A DNA stretch of 34,743 bases from an uncultured archaeon (GCA_964493715.1 CAZBPC010000027.1:1-34743), one strand, 5' to 3'. Positions 8,892 through 19,136 are shown, counted from the stretch's first letter. A program made the numbers and translations. Notes: a model not told the origin generated them from the sequence alone.

Positions 8892-10670
8892 ATGAAATTA
8901 GAAAAAAAGCAGTATAAGAGTTATAAAACTTGGTTCCTTCATCATCTTTACAAAAATAAATACTTGATAGTTGGTGTCATAATAGGTATTCTAATTGTTA
9001 CTTTTACAAGAACTTACATACCTATAATTATTGGCGAGATAGTAGATGATGCACTCATTGCTCTTGATTATAATAAGTTCATAATGCTTCTTATTATGGG
9101 GTTAGTATTTTATCTCATCCGGAATCTTATGGATTATGCAACGATGATGATTGGTCACTATCTTGGTTTGAAAACCGAGCAAAATATGAGGCAAGAGTTT
9201 TTTGATAGTATCCAACATAAACCTTTAAAATATCACGATAACGCTAAAGCTGGAAATTTGCAAGCTCTAGCAACCAATGATGTACGTATAATCAATACGA
9301 TGATTGCCCATGGAAGCTTTTTTTTCTATCCCTTCTTTCAAGTGGCAATAACTTTTCTCCTCCTAGTTACTACACTTGATTTAAGATTAGCTCTAGCAAA
9401 TATTCCTTTTGTATTGTTTTATATTTACTTTATATTGCATTATCGTAGAAGTATTGCACCATATGCCGCTAAAAGATTAAGGAAACATTCAGATTTAGCA
9501 GTTGTATTACAAGATAGCATAACGGGCGCTTCTGTAATCAGATCTTTTGCTGCGGAAGGTTTAGAACGTAAAAAATTTCAGAAAGCTGTAAACGCTTTTA
9601 GAGATAACTCTATTGGAGAATATCGGGTACAAGCAAAATATCTTCCTATGTTAGTTCTGTATATGACCATCGGAATTTCACTTATTTTTAGTATTGTATT
9701 TGTGTTCCAGAATTCATTAACTATTGGAGAATTAGTAGCAACCAATCTCCTTTTATTGACTCTTGTAAATCCAACCAATCAAATCTGGTGGGCAACTAAT
9801 GATATGATGAGTGGATTTGCGGCGTGTTCACGCTTATTCAAAGCATTATCCGACGAAAATAATGAGGAAGAACAATCTAAGGATCAACCATGGCCAAAAG
9901 AATTCCAAGGAAAAATTGAATTTAAAGATGTAACTTTCACATATGAAAATGGAGAAAAAAATCGACCTCCTGTGCTTAAAAACCTCAATTTCACCATCGA
10001 ACCGAATCAAAAAGTCGCTTTAGTCGGACCTACAGGTTGTGGTAAAACAACGATTGCTAAATTACTGCTCCTCCTTTATAAACCTCAAAGTGGTGCTATT
10101 TTATTAGATGGGAAAAACATTGAAAATTATCCCCTTGAAGAACTAAGAAGAAAAATTGGCTATATAGAGCAAGACATCTACTTGTTCTCACAAACTATAC
10201 TTGAAAATATTGCGTTTGGAAATCAAACAGCAAGATATGACGAAATAATTAACATAGCAAAACTTGCTCAAGTTGATGATTTTGTACAAAATTTCTCCGA
10301 TGGATATAATACTATTGTAGGTGAGAGAGGTACGCGGCTTTCAGGAGGCGAAAAACAGCGGGTGGCTATTGCTCGAGCTTTTATAACTAATCCCGCTATG
10401 CTAATCTTGGATGATTCTGTTTCTGCGATTGATAGTGAAACGGAGGAGAAGATAGGGAGAGCGATGGAAAATATAATAAGGAACAGAACTACCCTAATTA
10501 TTACTCATCGCCTTCATGCCATACGGACATCAGATAAAATTTTAGTTCTCAAGCACGGAAGAATTGTCGCCGAAGGAAATCATTCAGAATTATTCCAATC
10601 TTCTGAAGATTACAGACGAATTTTTGGGAAACGAGTGTCATTATCTGATTATAAAACAAATAAAGGTTAA
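8892..10670 (+). CDS. ABC exporter half-transporter (TMD+NBD), subunit with degenerate Walker B
   Basis: 6-TM domain; Walker A GPTGCGKT, signature LSGGEKQR, Walker B ILDD (catalytic Glu replaced by Asp), ITHR; GGAGG upstream. Confidence 0.95.
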   Translation: MKLEKKQYKSYKTWFLHHLYKNKYLIVGVIIGILIVTFTRTYIPIIIGEIVDDALIALDYNKFIMLLIMGLVFYLIRNLMDYATMMIGHYLGLKTEQNMRQEFFDSIQHKPLKYHDNAKAGNLQALATNDVRIINTMIAHGSFFFYPFFQVAITFLLLVTTLDLRLALANIPFVLFYIYFILHYRRSIAPYAAKRLRKHSDLAVVLQDSITGASVIRSFAAEGLERKKFQKAVNAFRDNSIGEYRVQAKYLPMLVLYMTIGISLIFSIVFVFQNSLTIGELVATNLLLLTLVNPTNQIWWATNDMMSGFAACSRLFKALSDENNEEEQSKDQPWPKEFQGKIEFKDVTFTYENGEKNRPPVLKNLNFTIEPNQKVALVGPTGCGKTTIAKLLLLLYKPQSGAILLDGKNIENYPLEELRRKIGYIEQDIYLFSQTILENIAFGNQTARYDEIINIAKLAQVDDFVQNFSDGYNTIVGERGTRLSGGEKQRVAIARAFITNPAMLILDDSVSAIDSETEEKIGRAMENIIRNRTTLIITHRLHAIRTSDKILVLKHGRIVAEGNHSELFQSSEDYRRIFGKRVSLSDYKTNKG

Positions 10671-10682
10671 CAAGGTATCATA

Positions 10683-12503
10683 ATGGGACTATACGCAGGA
10701 ATATTAAATGATGAACAGAAACGAGAATATTCAGATCGTGAATTATTTGCCAGATATATTAGGAGTATTGTACCTTTCAAGAAAAGTATTGCTCTAATTT
10801 CGTTTTATATCTTCATAAATACGATAGCGGAAACTATAAATCCTCTTTTAATTGGAATTGCAATTGATGAATTATCTAAAGTCAACAGGAATCTTTTAAT
10901 TGTATTTGGAGTAGGTGGGCTCTACTTAGTATTTTCTATTTTAATCTGGATACTTTTCTTTTTACGGCGCAAAGAAATAGGAAAATTTGTTCCATATTAT
11001 TTAGAAAAGCTCCGAATGAAGATCTTTGATAAATTACAAGAACAAGATTTGAGTTTTTTTGATAAGCATCTAAGCGGTAAATTAAACACAAGAGTTTCTA
11101 ACGATGCATTAGACTTTGGGAATACAACGCTCTTGTTAGCAGATACTCTCGGCAACCTTCTTATAAGTATTTTAACTTTTGGAATGCTCCTATGGTTAAA
11201 CCTCACGTTAGCTCTCATGACGTTATTAGCTATTCCCTTTATTTTCTTGCTTGTTTTTTCTCTAAGACGGCTAGTTAAAATTGTCAGTAGAGCATATAGA
11301 AAAGCTATTGGCAGTGTGAATGCTGCCATGGTAGAATCAATAGAAGGAATCCATGTAAGTAAGAGTTATGGACAGGAATCTACGGTTTCAAGGCAATTTC
11401 AAGAAACCAATAGGCAATATTTCAAAGCAAATTTTAAGTTAACTTCTGTTTCTCACATGTGGAATCCCATGCTGGAAACAATCGCGTCAATCACCCTCAC
11501 TATCATCATATTTTTTGGAGGTCAATTCGTCTTTCAAGGTATTACTAATCCCGGAACAATTTTCATGTTCATTCTTTATCTTGATAAATTTTTCCGTCCT
11601 ATAATGGTTCTCTCTGTATTCTTTCCTCAACTTAGTGAAGGAATGGCCGCATATGAGAGAATACTGGATATTCTTGATTCTAAGCCCAAGGTTAGACAAA
11701 ATCCAAACGCAATAGATATCGAATCTTTGGAAGGAGAAATTGTATTCAAGGATATCGACTTCTTTTATAGAGAGGGTGATTGGATATTCAAAGGATTAAA
11801 CCTACACATAAAAAAAGGAGAAAAAATAGCGATTGTGGGTCACACTGGGGCAGGAAAAACTTCATTGGTATCGCTTTTAGCTCGATTTTATGAGTTTCAA
11901 GGAGGATCAATTGAAATCGATGGAATTGACATTAGAAACATGGCTTTAAATACATATAGAAGAAACGTTGCCAATGTGCAGCAAGATGTTTTCTTGTTTT
12001 CAGGTACTATCGAGGAAAATATACGATATGGCAGACAAGAAGCTTCAGAAGAAGAACTCTTGAAAGCAATTAATATCGTGCACCTTGGAGAACTAATTGA
12101 ATACCTACCAGAAGGGCTGCAAACACAAATCGGTGAGAGGGGAAAAGGATTATCAGCAGGCCAACAACAGCTAGTTAGTTTTGCTCGAGCAATATTAACT
12201 GATCCTAAAATTCTTATTTTAGATGAAGCCACTTCCAGCGTTGACGCATATACAGAAGCAATCATCCAGGAAGCTCTTGAGGTTCTATTAGCAAATCGTA
12301 CTTCGATTGTTATTGCACATAGGCTCTCCACTATCGTGAATGCAGATAGAATTATTGTAATGGATAACGGGAAAATTCTTGAAGAGGGAACCCATCATTC
12401 TTTACTCGCGCAAGGAGGAAAATACGCTAATTTATATAAACAATATTTTGAGCATCAGAGCCTTGATTGGCACCCGTCTAAAGTTTCTCAAGATGTCAAT
12501 TGA
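10683..12503 (+). CDS. ABC exporter half-transporter (TMD+NBD), partner subunit
   Basis: Walker A GHTGAGKT, altered signature LSAGQQQ, canonical ILDEATSSVD, IAHRLST; 12 nt downstream of the first half-transporter. Confidence 0.95.
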   Translation: MGLYAGILNDEQKREYSDRELFARYIRSIVPFKKSIALISFYIFINTIAETINPLLIGIAIDELSKVNRNLLIVFGVGGLYLVFSILIWILFFLRRKEIGKFVPYYLEKLRMKIFDKLQEQDLSFFDKHLSGKLNTRVSNDALDFGNTTLLLADTLGNLLISILTFGMLLWLNLTLALMTLLAIPFIFLLVFSLRRLVKIVSRAYRKAIGSVNAAMVESIEGIHVSKSYGQESTVSRQFQETNRQYFKANFKLTSVSHMWNPMLETIASITLTIIIFFGGQFVFQGITNPGTIFMFILYLDKFFRPIMVLSVFFPQLSEGMAAYERILDILDSKPKVRQNPNAIDIESLEGEIVFKDIDFFYREGDWIFKGLNLHIKKGEKIAIVGHTGAGKTSLVSLLARFYEFQGGSIEIDGIDIRNMALNTYRRNVANVQQDVFLFSGTIEENIRYGRQEASEEELLKAINIVHLGELIEYLPEGLQTQIGERGKGLSAGQQQLVSFARAILTDPKILILDEATSSVDAYTEAIIQEALEVLLANRTSIVIAHRLSTIVNADRIIVMDNGKILEEGTHHSLLAQGGKYANLYKQYFEHQSLDWHPSKVSQDVN

Positions 12504-12541
12504 TTTTGCTAAGTAACTTCAAATAATTCGTTTTTTTAAAT

Positions 12542-13987
12542 TCAATAAAAAAACTTCCAATCATTTCGATTCAAGCTATCAATAAAATTTAGGACAAATT
12601 TTGCCATATCGGGGTCATTTTTCATTTCATCCTTTAATTCTTGTAAAATTTTATCTTCTCCGAACTTAAGAACAGGAAAAACTGCCAACTTTTTTAATCT
12701 GTTATCATCAAACATCTTGAAGTTGTTCAAGCAATAATTAACCAATTCTTTTTCTTGCAAGTCTATAATAAGTTTTATAATCATTTCTTTCTTATCTAAA
12801 AGCATTTTATTCTCATTTTTAGCAGGTCTTTTCAATATTTCTACGAATTCATCCCTCACTTCTTGCCAATTTTCAAGCAATTTGGGATTTTCATTAAAAA
12901 ATTCCCTTATGAAATCTAATGACCATTGTTCTCCTTCCTTAAACAGATTTAAAACAAATTCTGGATTGATGAGATTCGAATCTTGCATATCCTCGATGAG
13001 GTAACCATCAACAATCTGATATTTCTTTACATTTTCGATTACGATCTCTTTCCAATTATTAACTTTTTCCCTTAAAACCATAATTGCTTTTAAGATTTCT
13101 GAAATGAAATTAGGATTATTAATTTCTTCCAATTTGGCTAGGATTGTAGTTATAAATTTTTCATTGTTCTTGTATCTCTTCGCTACAACATCTAAAGAAT
13201 TGTATGGATATTTTAATGAAGTGATGAACTCTAATGTTTCTTCCTCAAGAGCTAAACCCAATAGCGCACCGACTCTAAAAATGCTTTCTTGAAGTGATTT
13301 CACACTTTTAAGGAAATCTTGATCCGTAATTTTGTTTTCTTTTATTTGAGTCAAATACATCTTAAATAAAGCAGTGATATCGGTTAAATTCTTAACTTCT
13401 CTCTTTCCAAACAAGTTTTCAAATGATTTAACCATTTGATTTTTGAGATGGAAATCTCTAATGCTCGTATTACTAGCAATTCTTAGAATCAACGATTCTA
13501 TATTATCGTCTGCAGTTTTAGAGACCACATTTTCAATTAGATCTGAAACTACACTATCAGTCACTCCCTCAAACGATGAGCAGTATTCTAAGCTTGGTTG
13601 AAGATTTAAATTTGTATTTAATTCGCAAATTCTCCTTACGTGGTGCTCACGTAATGAGGTTCGAAGTTCATTTGAGCCCCCAAAATAAGTGATCTCTCTC
13701 TGATCCTTCAAAACCTTCAAGATGATTTCTCGAATTTTCTGAATTCTATCATCTTGATAAACTGAATTTTCCTCTAATATATAATATAAACCTAAAAAAC
13801 TCCATGCTCTTAGGATTACTTCGTTCGTTTCAAACAACTCAAACAAGAAATTAAAATCTTTCTTGTTAATTAGTGGTTTGAATAAACTTTTATAAGTGGA
13901 TGTTAACTCAGCTTTTGGGCTTGATTCTGATGGTGTATATCCCCTTCTTAACGCATTTATAATTTTTTGCTTAGTTGTACTACTCAT
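12542..13987 (-). CDS. Hypothetical soluble protein, probably alpha-helical solenoid (HEAT-like)
   Basis: 481-aa ORF rich in L/I/E/K amphipathic helices; LFELFETNEVILRAWSFLGL resembles a HEAT unit; no catalytic motif recognised. Confidence 0.65.
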   Translation of the reverse strand: MSSTTKQKIINALRRGYTPSESSPKAELTSTYKSLFKPLINKKDFNFLFELFETNEVILRAWSFLGLYYILEENSVYQDDRIQKIREIILKVLKDQREITYFGGSNELRTSLREHHVRRICELNTNLNLQPSLEYCSSFEGVTDSVVSDLIENVVSKTADDNIESLILRIASNTSIRDFHLKNQMVKSFENLFGKREVKNLTDITALFKMYLTQIKENKITDQDFLKSVKSLQESIFRVGALLGLALEEETLEFITSLKYPYNSLDVVAKRYKNNEKFITTILAKLEEINNPNFISEILKAIMVLREKVNNWKEIVIENVKKYQIVDGYLIEDMQDSNLINPEFVLNLFKEGEQWSLDFIREFFNENPKLLENWQEVRDEFVEILKRPAKNENKMLLDKKEMIIKLIIDLQEKELVNYCLNNFKMFDDNRLKKLAVFPVLKFGEDKILQELKDEMKNDPDMAKFVLNFIDSLNRNDWKFFY

Positions 13988-14048
13988 ATCCCTTCAATAA
14001 TTAGTATTTATATTTCTTTTTCAATTTTTCAATGAGATGGTATTTTTC

Positions 14049-14258
14049 TCATTCTTCTTTCTCACATTCAGATTTAATTATTTTATCATTTTTTGAATCG
14101 ATTGTTATTTTACAGTTAAACTCATCTTCATGAGAATTACTACACTTGCCTTCAATAGATTCTTTAGAAATGCTGAAGAATTTTGGATCGTCGAAATCAC
14201 ACTTCTTTAAACCCATCTCATTTTCAAATTTTTCTTTAATTTTACTTTTATCTTTCAT
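14049..14258 (-). CDS. Small hypothetical protein (69 aa, four Cys)
   Basis: ATG at 14258 preceded by GAGGT, preferred to the track start 14354; MKDKSKIKEKFENEMGLKKC...SECEKEE. Confidence 0.6.
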   Translation of the reverse strand: MKDKSKIKEKFENEMGLKKCDFDDPKFFSISKESIEGKCSNSHEDEFNCKITIDSKNDKIIKSECEKEE

Positions 14259-14477
14259 CCAATTACCTCTAAATAATGCATAATTTTTAAAGGAAAAATG
14301 TTTAATATTTGTTCTCCTTATAATTGAAAGATCTATGAATTGGATTTTTTTCAAATGATTTCATAAAAATGTAAATAATTAGCAGTAAGCTAAATTAGAA
14401 ACCAAAATTTTGAACCTATTACTACTTTCTCAACTACTTAAATTAAAAAAATAGATGCAATTTTTTTTTAAATAAAA

Positions 14478-14771
14478 TTAAGTTGGTTGAGTAATCAATA
14501 CAGTTTCATTTGTCTCTCTTTTATACTTTTTAAGTGCGCCTATGCCTAAAAGGATTAGAATAATTCCTGCTGTTGCTACTAATAGGGTAATCGACCCATA
14601 CATTGCAAACCAATTTAGCCAATAGTTCCATGGACTTATAGAGGGAGGATTTCCAATTGGGCCACCACCTGAATAAAAAACCTGATTAAATAGTACGGAA
14701 AAGATGGTATTTCCCACGGCCAAATATCCGCCAAAAACGATTAAGACAATTCCTAGCGCTTTTTGATTCAT
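14478..14771 (-). CDS. Small membrane protein (2 TM)
   Basis: Two hydrophobic helices flanking a Gly/Pro/Trp-rich loop, basic residues after the second helix. Confidence 0.7.
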   Translation of the reverse strand: MNQKALGIVLIVFGGYLAVGNTIFSVLFNQVFYSGGGPIGNPPSISPWNYWLNWFAMYGSITLLVATAGIILILLGIGALKKYKRETNETVLITQPT

Positions 14772-14886
14772 ATTAGTAATACTACAAAACTGTCATGTTT
14801 CTAGGAATTATTAGTTCTCGTAAATTAAAAAACATTTGTGTCCTATAATACAATAGTAATAAATTAAATTGATAGGAGGGAATGAA

Positions 14887-15045
14887 ATGGGTGAAATTCA
14901 AGATTCAAAGGATGATATTATAGTTAACGAATTAATGAAAATAAATAAACGGTTAGATAGGATTCATTCGTGGATAGCAGGTTTTATAATTATTTCTGTG
15001 GTTTTCATTTTCATATCCATTTGGCTTATGACGATAGGACGTTAA
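14887..15045 (+). CDS. Small tail-anchored membrane protein (52 aa), absent from the ORF track
   Basis: GGAGG at 14875-14879, ATG 14887, TAA 15043-15045; MGEIQDSKDDIIVNELMKINKRLDRIHSWIAGFIIISVVFIFISIWLMTIGR. Confidence 0.7.
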   Translation: MGEIQDSKDDIIVNELMKINKRLDRIHSWIAGFIIISVVFIFISIWLMTIGR

Positions 15046-15207
15046 GATATCGCAAATTTAATTTTTTTAATCCCTTTTTATTTTGTCTTTTTAAGAATGG
15101 GCACCTACCTTTTTTAATAAAAAAATGCTATCAATGTTATGCATGGTCTTGTTTCGTTATTAGATGTAGATCACTATAAAATAGTTGAGGATATATGGAA
15201 TGAACAA

Positions 15208-15501
15208 TTATTCTAATTCCTTGATCAAACCAAGGAAATCTTTGTATGGAATTGCTGTCCAACTTTCTGCAAACACAGCTCCCCGCGATCGTGATAATAA
15301 TGATACTTTTGCGGCTTCATTTTCATTTTTCGCCTCAAAAATGTCTAGAAAATCATAAGGCCCAAGAATTGCATAGTGCGCGATCCATTTGATATCGGGG
15401 AGTTTTTCTTTCACAAATTTTAACCACTTTTCACCAGTTTCCTTCCGCTTTTCAATTAATTCAGGATTTTGCAATTTTGTTGCAAGCATGTATATTGGCA
15501 T
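15208..15501 (-). CDS. GYD domain-containing protein
   Basis: 97 aa; MPIYMLATK, YAILGPYDFLDIFEA.NEAA.VSL pattern of the GYD family. Confidence 0.85.
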   Translation of the reverse strand: MPIYMLATKLQNPELIEKRKETGEKWLKFVKEKLPDIKWIAHYAILGPYDFLDIFEAKNENEAAKVSLLSRSRGAVFAESWTAIPYKDFLGLIKELE

Positions 15502-15555
15502 GATACAAGTGATGATTCTTGAAAATATATATATTTGTCCCGATTCATTTCAATT

Positions 15556-15846
15556 TTAACGCTTATTAGAAGGAGTTATATCACAAGTACATTGATTGAA
15601 CTCAAAACCTAAATAATAAATCATTCTCCCAATATACTCTTTTAAAATTGGTTTTGACAAGCGTTTCGTTAATTCAGAATGTTTAATTACGGTAATATGA
15701 TAATGATTATCAACTACGGATGGTTCAAGATATATGGTATCATTTATTTTATTTCTAATTCGATACTTATGTTCCATGTCCAATAAAAGTAGAATGTCAG
15801 AAAAATTATCATACCTTTTATCTATTAATTCAATTTGAGTACTCAT
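15556..15846 (-). CDS. Hypothetical protein
   Basis: 96-aa ORF with ATG, co-oriented with both neighbours; C-terminal CxC. Confidence 0.6.
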   Translation of the reverse strand: MSTQIELIDKRYDNFSDILLLLDMEHKYRIRNKINDTIYLEPSVVDNHYHITVIKHSELTKRLSKPILKEYIGRMIYYLGFEFNQCTCDITPSNKR

Positions 15847-15917
15847 GAAATATATTTATGGGATAACTATTTAAAATCAACTAAAGTTTTATTTATGACT
15901 GGAACTATCAGATATCA

Positions 15918-17141
15918 TCATGTTTTAAGTTCCTTTAATTCAGAAATATTAAGACCTTTCGTAAAAATTCCATTTATAAGCTCCATCACATTAGGAATGT
16001 TAATATTTTGAGGACATTTATCTAAGCACTCACTGCATTGAGTACAAAGTGCTGCTGCTCCTTCAGCTTCATCGCCAGATTCCAATCTTGTTTGTAAGTC
16101 TTCGGGGGTGTTGGCCATTCGATTATATATCATTTCATATCGATGTTTATCTTTTTCCCCCCAATAACCGATTTCATTAACAACGTTCATTATGCTAGGA
16201 ATCGCAACACCATTAGGACAAGGGATACAGTATCCACAACTCGTACAAGGAACAAGATTAAAACTTTCGAATGCACCTCTTAAACCATGTATTGTCTTTA
16301 GTTCCGATTCATTTAACTTATTAATTCCAGAGTTATTTGCTGATTGAATGTTTTCAATAACTTGTTGCATGTTACTCATCCCACTTAACACTACCGACAC
16401 TTCTGGTTGATTCCATAGAAATTGTAACGCCCAATCTGCCATGGTTCGATCAATACTGGCATTATTTAGAAAATTTTTTATTTCTGGCCTATTATCTAAT
16501 TCTTCCTTTGATAAGGCTAATTTTCCTCCTCGAATTGGTTCCATAATGATAACAGCTATACCTTTATTACTAGCATAGCGTAAACCTTTTATTCCAGCTT
16601 GGTAATTTACATCTAGGTAATTATGTTGTATTTGACAACAATCCCAGGAATAGCTATCAATGATTTCCTTGAAAACTTCATAAGAATCGTGAAAGGAGAA
16701 ACCTATATGTTTTATTTTTTCCTCATCACGAGCTTTTTCCATATTTTCCAATAAATTTAATTCTTGAATTTTTTCAAAACGCTGTTTATTAAGCCCGTGA
16801 AATAAGTATATATCGGGATTTGATTGCAACCTCTTGACTTGACGATCAAAATAACGTTCAAACTGATTTTTTCTTTTTACCATCCAAATTGGTAGTTTCG
16901 TTGTTAGATGTACTTTTTCACGATATCCATCTTCTAATGCCTTTCCGACAATAACTTCACTTTGCCCGCCGTGATAAGGATAAGCCGTATCAATATAGTT
17001 TAATCCGTGATCGATTGCATAGCGAATCATATTGATTGCTTCATTTTCTAGTAGGTGAGAGTGATCAACTGGGAGACGCATTGCACCAAATCCTAATGCC
17101 GATACCTCCCATCCTAAAGAACCCATTTTTCGATATTTCAT
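15918..17141 (-). CDS. Aldo/keto reductase with C-terminal 4Fe-4S dicluster domain
   Basis: MKYRKMG..VSALGFGAMRLP, YIDTAYPYH, TTKLP, IGFSFH, MEPIRGG, VLSGMS; CTSCGYCIPCP and CTQCSECLDKCP. Confidence 0.93.
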   Translation of the reverse strand: MKYRKMGSLGWEVSALGFGAMRLPVDHSHLLENEAINMIRYAIDHGLNYIDTAYPYHGGQSEVIVGKALEDGYREKVHLTTKLPIWMVKRKNQFERYFDRQVKRLQSNPDIYLFHGLNKQRFEKIQELNLLENMEKARDEEKIKHIGFSFHDSYEVFKEIIDSYSWDCCQIQHNYLDVNYQAGIKGLRYASNKGIAVIIMEPIRGGKLALSKEELDNRPEIKNFLNNASIDRTMADWALQFLWNQPEVSVVLSGMSNMQQVIENIQSANNSGINKLNESELKTIHGLRGAFESFNLVPCTSCGYCIPCPNGVAIPSIMNVVNEIGYWGEKDKHRYEMIYNRMANTPEDLQTRLESGDEAEGAAALCTQCSECLDKCPQNINIPNVMELINGIFTKGLNISELKELKT

Positions 17142-17357
17142 GTAAAAATCACAATTTAATTCTATAATTTAGTAGATATACCAAAAATTATTAGTTTTTA
17201 GTTTATAATTCTGTTGAAAAAAGATTTCAGAAAAAATCAATAGAAAAAAATGATTCTAATGTGTTCTAAGAATTAATACTAAAAATATAATTAATATAAT
17301 AATTATTCATATTATTTTGTGTAATTGCATTTAACATTAGAAAATTAGGTTTTTGAA

Positions 17358-19136
17358 ATGAAAGTAATAATGGTATTGTTTGATACATTAAATAGACAAT
17401 TTCTACCTCCCTATGGCTGTGAATGGGTTCACGCACCTAATTTTACTCGACTTGCAAATAAATCAGTGACCTTTAATAATTGCTATTCCGGGAGTTTGCC
17501 ATGCATGCCCGCAAGAAGAGAACATCACACGGGCAGATATAATTTCTTGCATAGAAGCTGGGGCCCTTTAGAGCCCTTTGATGAATCCTTACCATCTATT
17601 TTAAGTAAGAAAGGGATATATACTCATCTGGTAAGTGATCATTACCATTATTGGGAAGATGGAGGCGCTACATATCACAATCGATATGACAGCTATGAAC
17701 TTGTACGGGGACATGAAGGAGATTTATGGAAAGGAGAAGTAAAAAATCCCGAGATCCCCGACCATGTCGTTTCAGCAAAAGAAGGGACACAGAATTGGCG
17801 CCATGATTGGGTAAACCGAAAGTATATGGAAAAAGAAGAAGACATGCCCCAGTCAAAAACATTTAAACTTGGTTTGGGGTTCATTAAAAAAAATTGTGAA
17901 GAAGACGATTGGTTTCTGCAAATAGAGACATTTGATCCACACGAACCTTTCTTTGTTCCCCAGAAATATAAAGACCTTTATGAGGATACTTATGAGGGGC
18001 CGCATTTCGATTGGCCAGATTATAGTACCGTTGTAGAAACACCAGAGCAGGTAGAACACATTCGAAAACAATATGCTGCTTCAGTAAGTATGTGCGATAA
18101 TTCTTTGGGCGAGCTATTAGATATGATGGATAAAAAAGATCTATGGAAAAATACAATGCTTGTAGTAACAACTGATCACGGTTTCTTATTAGGTGAAAAA
18201 GGATACTGGGGTAAGATGGTGCCTCCTGTTTACAATGAAATTGCCCACATTCCTCTCTTCATATGGGATCCTCGTGGTAATAATCGTGCTCTTATGAGAA
18301 ATGCACTTGTACAAGCCATTGATATTGCTCCAACTATTCTTGAATTTTTCAAAATAAAAAGACCTGAAACGATGCAAGGAGTACCGCTAAAAGAAACTAT
18401 TGAAAAAGATAAGAGCATCAGAGAAGCTGCCCTTTTTGGAGTTCATGGTGGGCATGTAAACGTTACAGACGGTAAACTTGTTTACATGAGAGGTGCTTAT
18501 AATATTTCCAACAAACCACTTTTTGAATATACTGTTATGCCAACTCACATGAAGGGGTTTTTCTCTCTTGACAGTTTAAAAACATCTGAACTTGCGGACC
18601 CTTTTTCATTCACAAAAGGATGTAAAACAATGAAAATAGAAGAACCGGATATAGTTTCAAGCATTTCTTCTATTTTTGGAAGCCTTCTTTTCGATCTAAC
18701 GAATGATCCTCATCAAGAACGTCCTATTGAGGATCCTAAATTGGAAGCGAAGATGATCAAGCTTTTAGTAAAATTATTGAAAGAGAATGATGCCCCCTTA
18801 GAACAATTCGAACGTTTGGGCATACCAACAGATGGGGAAGTAAAAGATGAACATCTACGTGTTAGAGAGACTCGTGAAGGAATTACAGAGTTTATTGGTG
18901 ATACAGAGATCACGTGGCGACATAAAGGAAAAAGCATGTACTCCTTGTTTTTAGGTGTGTTTCCTCGATCATTTCGTCCAAGTTTTATTAAAACTTTAGA
19001 AAGCAAAATCAAAAAGAAAAATCAAAAAGAAATTGACGAAGATTTCTTGGTCGAATTCGTTAGAAAATTCATCCCACCTCAATATAAGAATTATGTTGAT
19101 AAATTTATCTTGATGGTTAAACAAAAAGCACGATAG
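17358..19136 (+). CDS. Cys-type (formylglycine-dependent, S1) sulfatase with C-terminal extension
   Basis: FDTL, CxPxR motif CMPARREHHTGR, FDPHEP, TTDHG..LGE, GK, HIPL, DIAPT, LFDL.NDP; about 90 extra C-terminal residues. Confidence 0.92.
   Translation: MKVIMVLFDTLNRQFLPPYGCEWVHAPNFTRLANKSVTFNNCYSGSLPCMPARREHHTGRYNFLHRSWGPLEPFDESLPSILSKKGIYTHLVSDHYHYWEDGGATYHNRYDSYELVRGHEGDLWKGEVKNPEIPDHVVSAKEGTQNWRHDWVNRKYMEKEEDMPQSKTFKLGLGFIKKNCEEDDWFLQIETFDPHEPFFVPQKYKDLYEDTYEGPHFDWPDYSTVVETPEQVEHIRKQYAASVSMCDNSLGELLDMMDKKDLWKNTMLVVTTDHGFLLGEKGYWGKMVPPVYNEIAHIPLFIWDPRGNNRALMRNALVQAIDIAPTILEFFKIKRPETMQGVPLKETIEKDKSIREAALFGVHGGHVNVTDGKLVYMRGAYNISNKPLFEYTVMPTHMKGFFSLDSLKTSELADPFSFTKGCKTMKIEEPDIVSSISSIFGSLLFDLTNDPHQERPIEDPKLEAKMIKLLVKLLKENDAPLEQFERLGIPTDGEVKDEHLRVRETREGITEFIGDTEITWRHKGKSMYSLFLGVFPRSFRPSFIKTLESKIKKKNQKEIDEDFLVEFVRKFIPPQYKNYVDKFILMVKQKAR

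Noticed and set aside
14970-15179. 69-aa ORF from the track
   Set aside because: Overlaps the better supported 14887-15045 ORF in another frame; no RBS and implausible composition.
17668-19012. Several antisense ORFs within the sulfatase, and similar short antisense or nested ORFs elsewhere (e.g. 778-990, 2654-2908, 4487-4939, 11897-12331, 30753-31022, 34499-34723)
   Set aside because: Shadow frames of well-supported genes with no motifs of their own.
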